Position numbers and translations under genes: made by a program
Shown: in pieces, positions 1 through 12,219 of the stretch
How positions within the stretch are numbered: the stretch's first letter is position 1
Layout of the letters: each line of letters begins with the position of its first letter
NCBI GenBank assembly: GCA_030704615.1
Contig: CM060732.1
Coordinates: 81,716,001-81,780,000, forward strand
Direction: 5' to 3'
Length of the DNA stretch: 64,000 bases
From: Takakia lepidozioides
Lineage: Eukaryota > Plantae > Bryophyta
The notes under the pieces: generated by a model
Database searches by the model: none
What the model saw: only the letters and a program-made list of their open reading frames with translations
Told to the model about the DNA's origin: nothing

Positions 1-504
1 ACAAGAGTGTTCGAACCTGCAGCAATGCAGACAAGCCATGAATGCAAAGTCGAACTTACCATTTCATGCATCTTGGAAGTTGACCATCACTATTTAGTAC
101 TGCATACCAAGTGGGGGTACAGCAGTCTTGGTATCCATACTGAATCAAGAACAATTTGAAGGCCGCCAGAAGTAATAATCTTCTTGGATGTGGGCAGGGG
201 CAGCTAACTAAATTTATTTGATTGCCTCCATTGATTACACAGATTTATTTTTGTCAAGATTTTGAAGAGTGTTCCCACAATCTCAAATAGCTGATTTATG
301 AGGAGCCTGATCGCTAGTCCAAGTGTGGAGATTGATGATCTACCAAGAGGTTTCCATATGAAATCCAGATAACCTTGCACATCCATCGTCAAGCTTAATG
401 AAAGTTAATGGATACTTACCATGCACCAGGTCATTTACGACATCCTAGTATGTTAGTTTCCTGTGATAGCACATCTACAAGCTAGCAAGAAAATCTAATC
501 CGGT

Positions 505-1095
505 TCAGGACTGCAAAATAGGCGAGATGGCGGACAGGGGTGGAGGAGATGGTTGACTAGAAAGATTCCCAGGGTCGGAGTTGTAAAAACACAAACATGT
601 TGGGGGATGAGTTCGTACCGATAACAGGAGAGACAAAAATGCCACACCTGCGGTGAACATACAATGCCTGGGAATGTTGAATTTGTTTGCCACATCTTGG
701 GTCCATCCACCAAAGAAGTCCGATATAATACAGCAAGGAGCTGGCCCGAATCCAGAATCCAACCCTGATTTTGAGGACATGTTCGAGATAACACGCTGTA
801 GGCATACAGCTAGTTTGTCGGGCGCGAGGCTCCACGAGAAGAAGCCCTCTGGGAAACCATCCCCCAGACCTACGAGTCGGTGGTCTATAGCAGGTTCAAT
901 CCCAAGTCTGGCTGCATGTCCTTCCTCCTGCAGCTGCTTAATGTGCGTGTCTACGCTCACCAAGCTCACAATGACGCCAAGGGAAGCCAACTGCTTAGAA
1001 AATTGGAGCATAGGATTAGTGTGGCCAGGTACGGGGAATGGTATAATCACCACATGTGGTCTAGGTTCCTTCTGCGCTGACAAAGAGAGGGCCAT
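505..1095 (-). pseudogene. UDP-glycosyltransferase (family 1), N-terminal domain; reading frame breaks near 505
   Basis: ATG at 1095; PHVVIIPFPVPGHTNPMLQFSKQLASLG and PCCIISDFFGGWTQDVANKFNIPR are typical UGT N-domain motifs. Stops follow in all frames and no PSPG box is recognisable inside the window. Confidence 0.75.
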
Positions 1096-1929
1096 GGCTT
1101 TCGAACAGGGAAGATTGTGTGCTTGCAAGCAGTTTGAAGACAAACCCCAAGCAGCTTGCTGCACACTTAGGAAAAACCATGCGCTCGTTAAGAAGCCCTT
1201 TCCAAAGTGGTGAACTAGACTTCAGCTGTGCCGAGCACTTTTGCCACAAACTTCTGCGTACACAATGTTCTCTGTCCACACACAAATCTTATCAACATCA
1301 AAGATATGAAAGCAGACAAGGAGTAAAGATATTGAGAACTACCTGACTGCTTTCTCAGCTCTCAAGAAAAGGTCGAAAACAAATTATCGAGCACGGAAAG
1401 AAGTTTATGCACTTCGAGACCGGAAAATTCCATCTTTGGAAATTCAGCTCGAGACAGAAGTTTCCGAGGGAAGGAAACCATCTTATAAATATATATTAAG
1501 AACCACATAGGCACGACAGTGACAGACATCAAACAGGACAAAGGACTCGAACAAAAGTACCAAGGGGTTAAGCGTACCGCAACAATGCAGTAAGATCCAA
1601 GGTTTTAAATCAAGCCCAAGCAAAGAAATGCAGATGTCAACTAACAACATTGACAATGGCTAAGAAAAAATCGAGTCCCACTGACGATAACTCCTTACAA
1701 TTACAATAGCAATGCAAGGTAGTAAGTACTGGATTTGCACCTAACGTAATCGCTGTGAGCTTCAGCTGCACACTCGCTGCTTTCAAGCGCACACAACCGT
1801 CCTGCAATTCTGGAGTTCCGTCTCGTCGCTCTCCAAAGACTTGCCGCCTTTAATGGACAACTCCTGACATCATGACGGTGCTCCTCACCTACTTATTACA
1901 CGGAGACCCCAGTGGCCTCGTAAGCTTAA

Positions 1930-2150
1930 GACCAAAAAACATTTCCGGCAGTCCGGGCAGGTCCCAACGGCCTGCTACGACCAGGAAAACATTCCGGCCA
2001 GTCCGAGCAGGTCCAAAAAAGTTGAAGACGATGACGTGGTGACGAAACGTGGCGACGATGACGTGTTGATGATGATGTGGCGACGATGACTTGGCACTAT
2101 GACACCCTATATCTGCTCTATGCTAAACTAGCTTCCGACCTTGTCACTAG
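1930..2150 (+). repeat. Dispersed repeat end (GACGATGAC-rich), second copy inverted at about 15460-15570
   Basis: gacgatgacttggcactatgacaccctatatctgctctatgctaaactagct...cgacc matches the reverse complement of 15465-15560; ends in CTAG; family not identified. Confidence 0.5.
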
Positions 2151-2217
2151 AGCTTTATGGTAATAAGCAATGCGTGATAGAAAGTTGACATGAAGAGATA
2201 CTGACCACAATATCATT

Positions 2218-2345
2218 GTGGGTAGCTGAGTTGGATAGAGCACTTAGTGCCACCTAGGGCATTTTGGTTCAAATTGGTCCCCTTCCCTTAGGCGGTGTCT
2301 CATAAGCTTTGTGATCGGCACCTCACAGTGGGGTTACTTTAAAAG
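2218..2345 (+). mobile_element. tRNA-derived SINE-like element
   Basis: A box TAGCTGAGTTGG (2223-2234) and B-box-like GGTTCAAAT (2266-2274) at tRNA spacing; no complete cloverleaf. Confidence 0.5.
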
Positions 2346-2954
2346 AGATCATTTTTCCCTCTCACTGTACTCAAAAGGCTTGATTAGTGAGCCTGGTCAC
2401 TCCTGTGTTTTCCTTTCTCTTAAAATAAATAGCGCCGCATACTTGTGATGGAATTAAGATAGGTGGTCAGGATGAAGGGCTGATGATGAACTTATTAGAT
2501 GTGAAAGCTGTGAACTTGTATCAAGTTTTGTGAAATGCAAAATGTAAATGCAAAATAAAGATGGAATCTTTGGGAAGAAGGTATGAAAGGGAAAGGAAAA
2601 ATGAACAAAACCCACGGAACGGGAAAGGAATCGAGGCAATCAAGTGTAGAAGCAAGCAAGAGGGATGAAGAGATCATTGGGAGTCTCTCTCTCACCGCAA
2701 ACTACGGAGCTCCCACATTGCCCGCCGCTATTTGTATTTACTATACATAATATAATCTTGTAGGTGAAGACATAGTAAAGTATATTGGATCTGTCCACTT
2801 GGAGTTTTTCCATCCAAAAATTGAATGTAACCTGGATGTACATTTGAGAAGGTTACTAATGAAACCACTAATGGAAAATGGTTTGTGCAGCCACTTTCAC
2901 CTAATGTATTCCACTTTTAACATAAATCTACAAATGTCTCATCCTGTTATAAAG

Positions 2955-3170
2955 AACGTGGTATGGAGGCTTTGGAGACCTATGATCAAATGGTGGGGGA
3001 AGGGGCGAAGCCCAACCACATCACGTTTTTGTGCATTTGCAATGCATGTGCAAGCCTAGCAGCTCTGGAAAAGGGCACAGAAGTCCATGGCAACATTGTC
3101 AGAGCTGGAATTTTACCAAATGTCATTCTGAACAATACCTTCGTGGACATGCACATGCAAAATGTGGGTG
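2955..3170 (+). pseudogene. PLS-class PPR gene fragment
   Basis: GMEALETYDQMVGEGAKPNHITFLCICNACASLAALEKGTEVHGNIVRAGILPNVILNNTFVDM, then frameshift; about 1.5 motifs. Confidence 0.85.
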
Positions 3171-6048
3171 CACCCTATCCTACTGATTTGTTGTTGTGCT
3201 GGAACACTAGCAAACGTAGAAAGACATACGCATTTTACATCTGTTGCTATCTTCAGTGCATATGTAGTGTCATTTGCACTTTGTCAGACTATTGTTTGAA
3301 GAGCCGGATTTTGGGACTCCGGTGCTATATTGTATATTTGACTGGCAGCAGTTTAAGAAAAGCTCTTACATCAACTGTTGTCTTTAAGTGCCTATGTTTT
3401 GTCGTTTGCACTTGCTGACTTTGTTCTTTCATGTGATTCTTGCCTCTGAATAAAGCATTCATTTGCAGAGTCATTTATTGTCTATTCGGTGACTTGTGGG
3501 GCCGGGCGAGGGGAGACAAGAAGCCCAATCCCTGCGACTGCGGGCCGGCAAAGCCGCCACGGGGGGTGAGGCAGGGGGCGGGGCGGGCCACGCAGGCACA
3601 CCCGCCCAGGGAGCATTCAACTCACAGGCCTTTTCTATTACTTGGCTATGTGTATGCAGGAGAGAGGGCACAGGTGTCACATTCATTCCGTTAGCCGACA
3701 GTTGCACACGTGCAACAGTTCAAAGCTGAGAGGTGTTTGTCCCACACATGGATAGAAAAGATGAGGTTAACTCACTGCCTGGTTCAGGAGTTTTCAATCG
3801 GATCCTGATTGGCATCACGATTTGTAGAGGTTGGAGAGAGAAATTGCGGAACCAAGAGGAGGGATGGATGAGTATGCTGAAACTAAAGAGAATATAGCAG
3901 CTATGAGTGCGAGGGGTGGACATCAGTAATAACCAGACTGACAATATCGAATCCTCTACACCCGAGCTTGACCGCAAGCTGCACTATGCGCGCATTAGGC
4001 AACCATCTACATCAGTGTCGGTAGATGGCTTGACACAGCTGAGGCTCATCCATGACAAAATGCTTCGCTTCTGGAAGATATGTGGACGAGCTTGTCATGT
4101 TGTCTGCCTGTACGACGTGCTTCCTCGTCACGCTTATTCCCTTATGCATGTGACTCGTTCAACTTGACCCTCCCTCAAGGATCAACTGAGAGAGCGAGAT
4201 GGGTCCAAAGGGCTTGCATAAGTAGGCAAGCTTAAGTGATTCTGTGAGGTATGCATAGCGCCTGTCACTCATGTGTGCAATCTATGTATGCCAAGCTTTA
4301 AACAGATTGAGGGTGATCAATGCCAGAGCAGAAAGAGAACGGAAAACCCAGTACTATTGTGGAAATGTATGATCCTACAGCATGTCTACCGTTGTCCGAC
4401 GACTGCAAGGATCAACATCGCAGAATCTCCCTCAAGTAAGAACATTGCAGCTGGGTTGTCTTCTGTTGTTTATCGACATTTGCGCCATATCGGGTGAACA
4501 AACTCATTTCCACCAATGCTGAAAGATGTAATTCCTGAAGGCTGTTATTTGGAAGTGTACAGCACTGCAACCTTGACATAAGAGTGACAAGACAGTGATA
4601 TTTTTGACAGATTTAGGGCAACTGCGAGTAAATCTGTCATACCCTGATCTTTGGGTAGGGATTAGGGCCTAGTTTCCAGCTTCAAAGACCCCTCTTCCAG
4701 ATGGGAGAAGAGATCGTTGTGGAAAGCGGGAAGGAGGCAACTTATGGAAAGTTTACTTGTTACTTGTCACTTGTCATGACAATCTGCTTTCCCCAGTAGG
4801 CCGGCCCTATCGCTGGTTTCAATCTTCTTTTGGATTTGATAACATTTCAGTTGCGTTGGAGTTCAAGTTGCATTGATTTTTTTGATATTTTCCTGTGGCC
4901 ATAGATTGGTCATAGTGTTGCAACGGCCTTGCCATAGGGTTGAGGTCAATGTTGCAATCTGTCAGTGAAGCGTTGTGCAGGCTACAAAGTTGTGAAATGG
5001 ATGTAAAAGTGCACTTCAGACTACTGGGTGCCACCATCTTCCATTTTTAAAAGAAATCTATCCATTGGTCTTCACTCATGTACATAAACAATGATGCTCC
5101 CACCTCTTTCACAAACTCCCGATAAACGACGTAGTGAATATGGACAGCTCAAATCATTCACCTTTAGTCGGCATCCTCGAGGCAGTAATTTCAAACAATG
5201 TCATTTTGGTGGCCGAAGTCGTCTACTCTCTCTGCTACACTCGAGTCTCTTTGCAAATAGCGAATATCGAACATCAGAGCCTGCCCAAAACACCACAGCT
5301 CTCATCCCAATCAATGACCCACCTAGGTACGATTACGGAGTTGGTCAACACGCCCCAGTACTACTTCAATGCACAATCTAGCATCGAGATTATCAAAGAG
5401 GGCCGCGGGATTTTTTAACGGCTTATGATCTTTGTGAAAGGAAGCGAATCTACAGGGCATAGAGATTGTTGAATCATGCGAAAAATACAAATCTGAACTT
5501 GAATAAACAATCTGACTCCAGTTGCTGCAACCGGCCACCAAACAATCCAAATGTTGCAAGGCAAGAGGAAAAATATTGGGAAACAATCGTGATCATGCAA
5601 GGTGGGAGATTCAAAAAATAGTTAAACTTTCGAGCTCACTTCGAGCTTTCTTTGAATCAGTGTTTAAATTGCAGGGAATATTCCTGCTCACTCCAGCAGA
5701 TGATTTCCCCTATTGTACAAATCTACGGTATGATGGGTCAATTTTTTCCCACTGCTGGTTTTTCATTGAGCCTCGTGAACAAAATTCGGTACCCGGAACT
5801 ACTGTTCAAAAGCGTCAAATGTGGCGCTACAATTGCGTACTGACTACGAAAAACTTCTCCGACAAACCTGAAGTTGACGGATTGCATGATGTTTGGGTTG
5901 TATTGGTTTTGATGCATAGCTCTACCAACGTCAAGCCCTGCTCCCTAGCTGGGTTGACAAAAAAGACGTCCCCATTGAAGTCAGCCATTTACATGTTACT
6001 GACAAGGAAACACGGGCGGAGAGAGGGCGGAGAAGGGACGTTGAATGG

Positions 6049-6558
6049 CTAGTTGCAAAAATCGCGGTTGATGTGGTTGGAGTAGTCAAGCGTTCCAGCA
6101 CCTTCCCATCCCATCCAGTCCTCCCAGTCCTCCCAAGAATTGTCTCCAACTCCCATGAAGCTCTCACCCTCGACTTCCCGGAATTCCCACTGTGCTTCCC
6201 CATTAAGAAGATCCTCATAAGCTCTATGAATTTGTTGACACTTCGTCTCGCAGTCCTTGTCCCTGCACACATCCGGGTGAAATTTAAGGGCGAGGATGCA
6301 ATATGCTTTCTTGATCTCCGTCTTAGATGCACTTGGACCTACTCCCAAAGTCTTATAACAATCTTCGGTCACAACTCCGTTCGCAAACGCTCTTGCTACC
6401 AAACCACGGCAATAACTTGCACCGCTCTCTTGTCCCCAACTTACTCCAGCAAAATGGCTTAGAGTGGAATTGGAAAGTGCTTCTCCTCGGAATGAGCTCA
6501 TGCTTAGTCGTTGTATAGTACTCATGCTACTTCCAACCATCGAACACGCGTGAGCCAT
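6049..6558 (-). CDS. Chloroplast J-domain protein, DnaJ8/DJC22-like, intronless
   Basis: S-rich transit-peptide-like N-terminus, J domain YKTLGV...IKKAY..LALKFHPDVC, and C-terminal WEDWMGWEGAGTLDYSNHIN characteristic of J8; ATG at 6558. Confidence 0.85.
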   Translation of the reverse strand: MAHACSMVGSSMSTIQRLSMSSFRGEALSNSTLSHFAGVSWGQESGASYCRGLVARAFANGVVTEDCYKTLGVGPSASKTEIKKAYCILALKFHPDVCRDKDCETKCQQIHRAYEDLLNGEAQWEFREVEGESFMGVGDNSWEDWEDWMGWEGAGTLDYSNHINRDFCN

Positions 6559-7372
6559 AATTCTTCGCACTGATCTGTTCCAACTTCTGCTTTCCTGATC
6601 TCACCCAACCCAACTATCTGTACCCTTTCTATCAACGAAATTCTCCAAGTCCCTCCTCGAATCTACAAAGAACTCTACAACGTGTGATCTGTGAAGAGAG
6701 ATCTACACTGGGACTCGGAAAACAACAAAGATTGGACGCAGAAACACAGAAACGAGCACAACTTCGAGTGAGAAAGGAGCCGAGGATTTGTGCCCTTTTA
6801 TGGCATGCGACTGAGCAGTTCGTTGCATCCTAAACGGCAGCTGGATGTGGTGGGCCCCGCCAGCGGCTGCAGCCTAGGCGGCCCTGCTTCCCAGGGGGTA
6901 ACTTAGACCCCGCGGGTGAGATGTGCACGGAATTCTACCCCTAGGGCGGCTAAGAGTTTCTTTTTTCTTTAAAAAAAGAAAAAGAAACTTGGGAGCGACA
7001 ACTCACAATTCAAGCAGAAATCAAGTTGAGATTTAACAGCGAGTCTATACGTCTATACAGTAATTAATTAATCAAAAAACCTTTCACCCTCTTGACTCTT
7101 GACCATAGAAATTCGTAGAACAACACGTGTTGACTAAGGACTAACTATAGGACAAAATATTATATTTATTTATGATAAGACCAGCGGTTGCGCTACGTCA
7201 ATGGTTGTGTATGTGTATATACATATAAAATACAAGGTAACTACAAGCTTATCCAAAACTTGCTGGCAAGAATAAAATAAAACACCCAGTTCCTAGTCGG
7301 TCGCCACGGTCTTCGGCCATCTTGATCAGAACATTCGCCGTCCAATTCATAATTCCAACGGCTCGATATTAC

Positions 7373-8238
7373 CAGTGTTGGACTGGTATCGTATTTTGAA
7401 CACACCAGGCTGGTACTGGTATATAGGCCTCCGGCCAATTGTGATACCAGGGAGGTACTAGTATTGGCAAAAATCTGAGATTTGGATACCATGGTGGTAT
7501 CAATAATACCTGATTGGTGTGGTGTTTTACGGGTATCAATAGCAAGAGTTTTTAGAAATCGATACCAGGGTATTATCAATATTGGAATGGTATCAAAAAA
7601 ACTCATGATATGTTAAATATTGGAAGGCCCACTTCTCATATAAATGTGTACAAGCATGCAGCGTTTTTGTTTTGGCGAATTTTCGCCAAATGGCGACCTC
7701 AAAAATAGAAAAGAATATTCCGTAGCAAACTCCATGTTTTTTCATGGATGAAATCGCCAAATTTCTCCAAAAATAATAATAATAATGGATGAATTTGCCA
7801 AATATGAATGATATGAATGGATGAAATTATGGATGTGGATGATTCTGTCCTTATTTGAATGGATGAACAAAATATATGCCTAATTTTTTCAAAACTCTGT
7901 AGCCACTCGTGCTATTTTCCGAATTTAAGAAAAAAAAAACTTTGCAAGCATGCTTCTCATTGATTTTATTCCTCAAAGTATTTCTCAAGTTCCTCAAAGT
8001 ATTGATACCTAGGTTTTCCTCACAAACATGGATATGGTACTGGTATCAGGTACCAGATTCTCAACTACCTACCAGACTGGTAGGGTATCATCCACAGTAT
8101 TATGAAGCAGATACCAGGCCAATATGGGTATATGCTAGGTAGTGGCCTAAGGTGATACCAGACTGGTCTGGTACTTCATACCAATATACATACCAGTATT
8201 GATACCAGTTTTTTTTTTGGTATACCAATCCAACACTG
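7373..8238. mobile_element. Non-autonomous hAT element
   Basis: TIRs CAGTGTTGGA(C/T)TGGTAT; 8-bp TSD gatattac/gatatgac; many TACCAG/CTGGTA subterminal motifs; empty site (gatatgcc) visible in the other repeat arm. Confidence 0.85.
7659..7944. mobile_element. hAT-type MITE nested in the previous element
   Basis: Exact 8-bp TSD caagcatg (7651-7658, 7945-7952); termini CAGCGTTTTT...AAAAAACTTTG. Confidence 0.8.
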
Positions 8239-10167
8239 GATATGACCAGGTCTTTGTGCAAGGATTTAATTGGGCGTGACAAAAATGTAAGGTAATATTA
8301 GGTTAGGTTAACTCAGTCAAGAGTGGCAGGCTTATCCACAACACCACACGGAGTGCATCCATTGGACGGGTACCTGGGATCGTCTCACAGCCCTTGTGGA
8401 TACCCGACAATTTGGTGAGCCATGTATGGAATACCTTTGGGGCATGGACATAGAGGCTTTTCTCCAAGGCGACGGGCCACTGAGCCCATCGCAATGCACG
8501 GTGATGGATGATGACATCTGATGCTCTGAACATCCATCGCCGTTCACGAGAACGGATTCCATGAGCGATGGCCATTCATGGCCATGACAAAAGTCTGGAG
8601 TTATGCCAAAATAAGAGAAAGTTGGATTTATGAAGTTGTTATGATTCCTTTCTTTGGTTGCCCATTAGTAAAGATGAATGTGTGAGACCAGCGTTCTCTG
8701 TGGTAGAGACTAGAGACCTGGGCGTGAGTGCGAATACTTAGATGCCTCTAAACGCCGGACCAACCCTTTGGGCAATGCAGGATTGCACCAGAGGAAAATG
8801 CAATTTAAAAAAACCTCCAGGATCCATGGAGCTATTTCTCCCTCAGTGTTGTTTCACTTCATTCTACCCCCCCCCCCCCCCCCCCCTTATTGCACATAGA
8901 AGGGAGCCCGTATTGGGAATATGAATTTGGTCCTCAAATGTGGAGATGGCTCCTCTAACCCTCAATGGATTCTGGCTGAGGTGGTCCAAGCCTTGGGAAA
9001 AATCATTGTGAGGGCAAAGCACCTTGGTCAAAGTGCATTTTTCCTTGTACTTTTGTGTGCAGTTGAAAAATCCACCCTGGAAATTTGCTATAATGTACCA
9101 ACGGTAACGGTCATTTCTTCCCGAATTTTGTCAGTAGCTGGATGTAGTAGGTACCTGTCAGTTGATAAGGTTCATATATGTGGATGAATCAACACTGGCA
9201 GATATAGCCTGATCCATGACAGTGGGTCCCATTTTGGGGCTGCCCCACCAAAATGGCTCCCTGCGCTTAGGGGTTAAGTAGGTATGTGTACATTTACTAG
9301 TTCGTATATAGCATTCAGGCGTCCATTTTATTTTTATTTTTTTGGGGAGAACATGGGAGGAAGCCCTTTAGTCCACAATTTCATCTTTACAAATGGGCAG
9401 AAAAAGAAATAAATCGTAACAACTTCATAATCCCACTTTCTCTCATTTTGGCATAACTCCATACTTTTGCCAAAGCATGGACATAGATGATAATGGCCAT
9501 AGCTCATTGAATCCATTCTCAGGAATCTCGACGGATGTTCAGTTCTCTTTATGGTAGCGGATGTCATCATCCATCACCATCCACTGCGACGGGCTCCGTG
9601 ACCCCTGGAGAAAAGCCTCCATGTCCATGCCCCTAAGGTATTCCATAGATGGCCCACCAAATTGCCGGGGATCCACAATGACTGTGAGACGATCCCAGAT
9701 ACCCGGAATGGATGCATTCCATTCCGCACACAACACCTGTGGTGTTGTGGATAAGTCTGCCACTCTCGACTGAGTTAACCTAACCTAATGTTACCTTGCA
9801 TTTTCATCACACCCAATTAGATCCTTGCACAATATCCTGGGCATATCCAGGCGTTGGAAATTATGAATCGGACGGCAAATATTTTGGTCAAGAAAAATGT
9901 GGGTGGATGGCCGAAGACCCTGGCGACGGACTAGGAACTCGGTGTCTTGTTTGATTCTTGCCATCAATTTTGGATAAGCTTGTAGTTTGTATTAAATTAC
10001 CTTGATATACAGTATGTATATACACATATAAAACCATTGAGGGTGACATCACGGTGATAAACCATATTAAAACCGTAAAGAACTTTCAGCTTTTCCCCTC
10101 GAAGGAAACCCTGAGCTGAAACCCTGAGCTTAAACCAATGAATCCACCATCCAAGGCAGTGATCAGA

Positions 10168-10446
10168 ATCCTATAATCTACGTGCCAGGCTGGCCAATGC
10201 ATTACAACAGTTCCATGTGCGTTCTTCACGCATGGGAAGCCTATGAGTGGAGGGGAATACCTACACTCGCCCCGCCACGAGGCGGTTATCCTATAGTCTA
10301 CGTGCTAGGCTGGCCAGTGCATTACAACAGTTCCCTGTGTGTTCTTCACGCACAGTAAGCCTCCAAGTGGAGGGGATTACCTACACTTGCCCCACCACTC
10401 GACTACCGCATCGTGGTGGGGTAATCTCCTCCACTTGGAGGCTTAC
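10168..10446. repeat. About 119-bp tandem duplication ending in a fold-back hairpin
   Basis: Two copies of atcctata.tctacgtgc.aggctggcca.tgcattacaacagttcc; inverted repeat gtaagcctccaagtggagg...cctccacttggaggcttac at 10355-10446. Confidence 0.7.
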
Positions 10447-10452
10447 CCTACA

Positions 10453-10618
10453 TAATATAATAATATATGAGGCTTCCTGAAGCGTAAATTATGGTGTCTC
10501 TTGGCTCCGAAGGGCTACTGGCTTCCAATAGGAAGATGGACACCTTTGCGACACCAATCGGTGGATTGAACCCACAACCACTTCTGAGGTGGTATGTGCC
10601 CGTTACCACTGGGCTGTC
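10453..10618 (-). mobile_element. tRNA-derived SINE
   Basis: On the minus strand: A-box-like CAGCCCAGTGGTA, B box GGTTCAATCC, AT-rich tail; exact 11-bp TSD cttaccctaca (10442-10452, 10619-10629). Confidence 0.75.
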
Positions 10619-12219
10619 CTTACCCTACACATAAAACGTGATATCACGGTCAGTGACATCACTAGAATAAAGTTTAATTAATAGATTTTTTTTCCTCTGT
10701 AACTTTAGTGGGTTGCTAGGTGGAACCCTGCATGTAGACAGCCTGGTAGATCCCATGTTGGCTCTAGGCAGGTATGTTGGCTACAGGCAGGTTCCGAGCA
10801 AGGTTCTGCAGTGTAAACCGACCTTGTGACACAGGGCAATAGAATACATGCTAAAAATCAAAATTCTACTGCGTTGTGGAATAGCAGGAAGTTTGCGGGA
10901 TTCCTAAGCGGAACCCATGACTCCTGTCGGTGCTACTACACAGAGTGACACGGAATAAGTGACATCACGAGAGTGACACCGAATGGGTGTCACTAATCCA
11001 ATCAGTGTAACTCCCATTTGGTGATATGAAATTTGACCAAGTATTAACCCTTAAAGGACGAGCTAACTTTTTCACTTTTTCAAAATAACAGTATATACCT
11101 TGACTAAACTAGCTATATCTTCTCACCCCTATCCATCCACTTGGATGAACCTTACAACCTCATCCCTACAGACGACATGAACAGCATCACAAAATTTGGG
11201 CAGGTTTGACCGTTGCAAATAGGAGATTATAACGAAAAGAAATGACAAAAATTCGAACCCAAATAAAACTTACATGACACAAAATGGTTTGACCATGGAA
11301 ATTTTCCAATATCCATATTTCTCTTGGATGAATGGCCTCTAGATTCACAATTAGGGGCACATAGATGGTGCTCTCTGAAAATTTCAGAGTGAAATCATCT
11401 AGGATACATATTCACCTTGAATCCTTCATAAAATCGGTGTAGACTCATATGGCATCGTAATGGAATATAACAAGCGGCTAGTCGCGAAATGGCTCCACCC
11501 TAAAAGTCAAAAGAAATCCTTAAAATAATATATTAAAATAAGGCAATCACATATTCAACAAGGTGCTTGAAGATCAAAAACGTCTCTCCTTACAACCAAT
11601 CACCCATGGGATGATGCAGAAATATCCACATAAGAGGTTAATCTTGCAAAATAGGAAATTCAACCATTCACGGCTCACAAAAGGCATCCTCCATTGGGAT
11701 GTAGCCCAGATATTCTCTATTACCACTTCAAGGAGATCCAAGATGTTTATTGTTGTTTTGAATCAAGCTTGTGAATGAAAGCAAAGACACAAAGCTGAAA
11801 CATTTTCGTGTAATGGTGAGTGCTAAGAGAGCTTACGGCAGGTTCTCTGTTTGAAAAGTGTAACACCTTGCACAGGGTAGGATGTTTCCTGTCGACTCTC
11901 TAATCTCCACTCTGATAGAAAATTGAGGATCAAGGAAGAGAGTTCAGCTAACTTTGAAACTAATAGAGAACCATATCTAACCTCCTCTGATCTGATACAG
12001 CCAAATGTTAATCTGTGCAATACAACACTAACACAGTTGTGGCAAGACAGCTATAACTGTGGATTCCATACCAATACTGCCATTGGAATTATAAAATCTC
12101 CCAAAAGATTAAATATGGAAGTTATCAGGTTCTATGTAGATTAAACATAACCACCTCCATAAGCTATTTTGTGGTCCTTGTTTAAGCTACATAGAAGTTG
12201 ATAACTCAAAACTGCTAGT

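Larger units (their letters stand above)
7198..10040. repeat. Large inverted repeat pair (arms 7198-8690 and 9370-10040)
   Basis: After removing the insertion at 7373-8238, the left arm aligns over about 600 bp to the reverse complement of the right arm (e.g. actacaagcttatccaaaa, ttaggttaggttaactcagtc, ggagttatgccaaaat). No TSD seen. Confidence 0.8.

Noticed and set aside
2218-2290. Functional tRNA gene (also 10545-10618)
   Set aside because: A and B boxes are present but acceptor and anticodon stems do not form; the second has a TSD and tail typical of a SINE.
4200-4380. Copia GAG-pre-integrase remnant (GKLK.FCEVCI)
   Set aside because: Only a short motif with stops; no integrase, RT or LTR nearby.
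5522-6052. 176-aa plus-strand ORF
   Set aside because: No recognisable motifs; overlaps the likely 3' UTR of the DnaJ gene in antisense.
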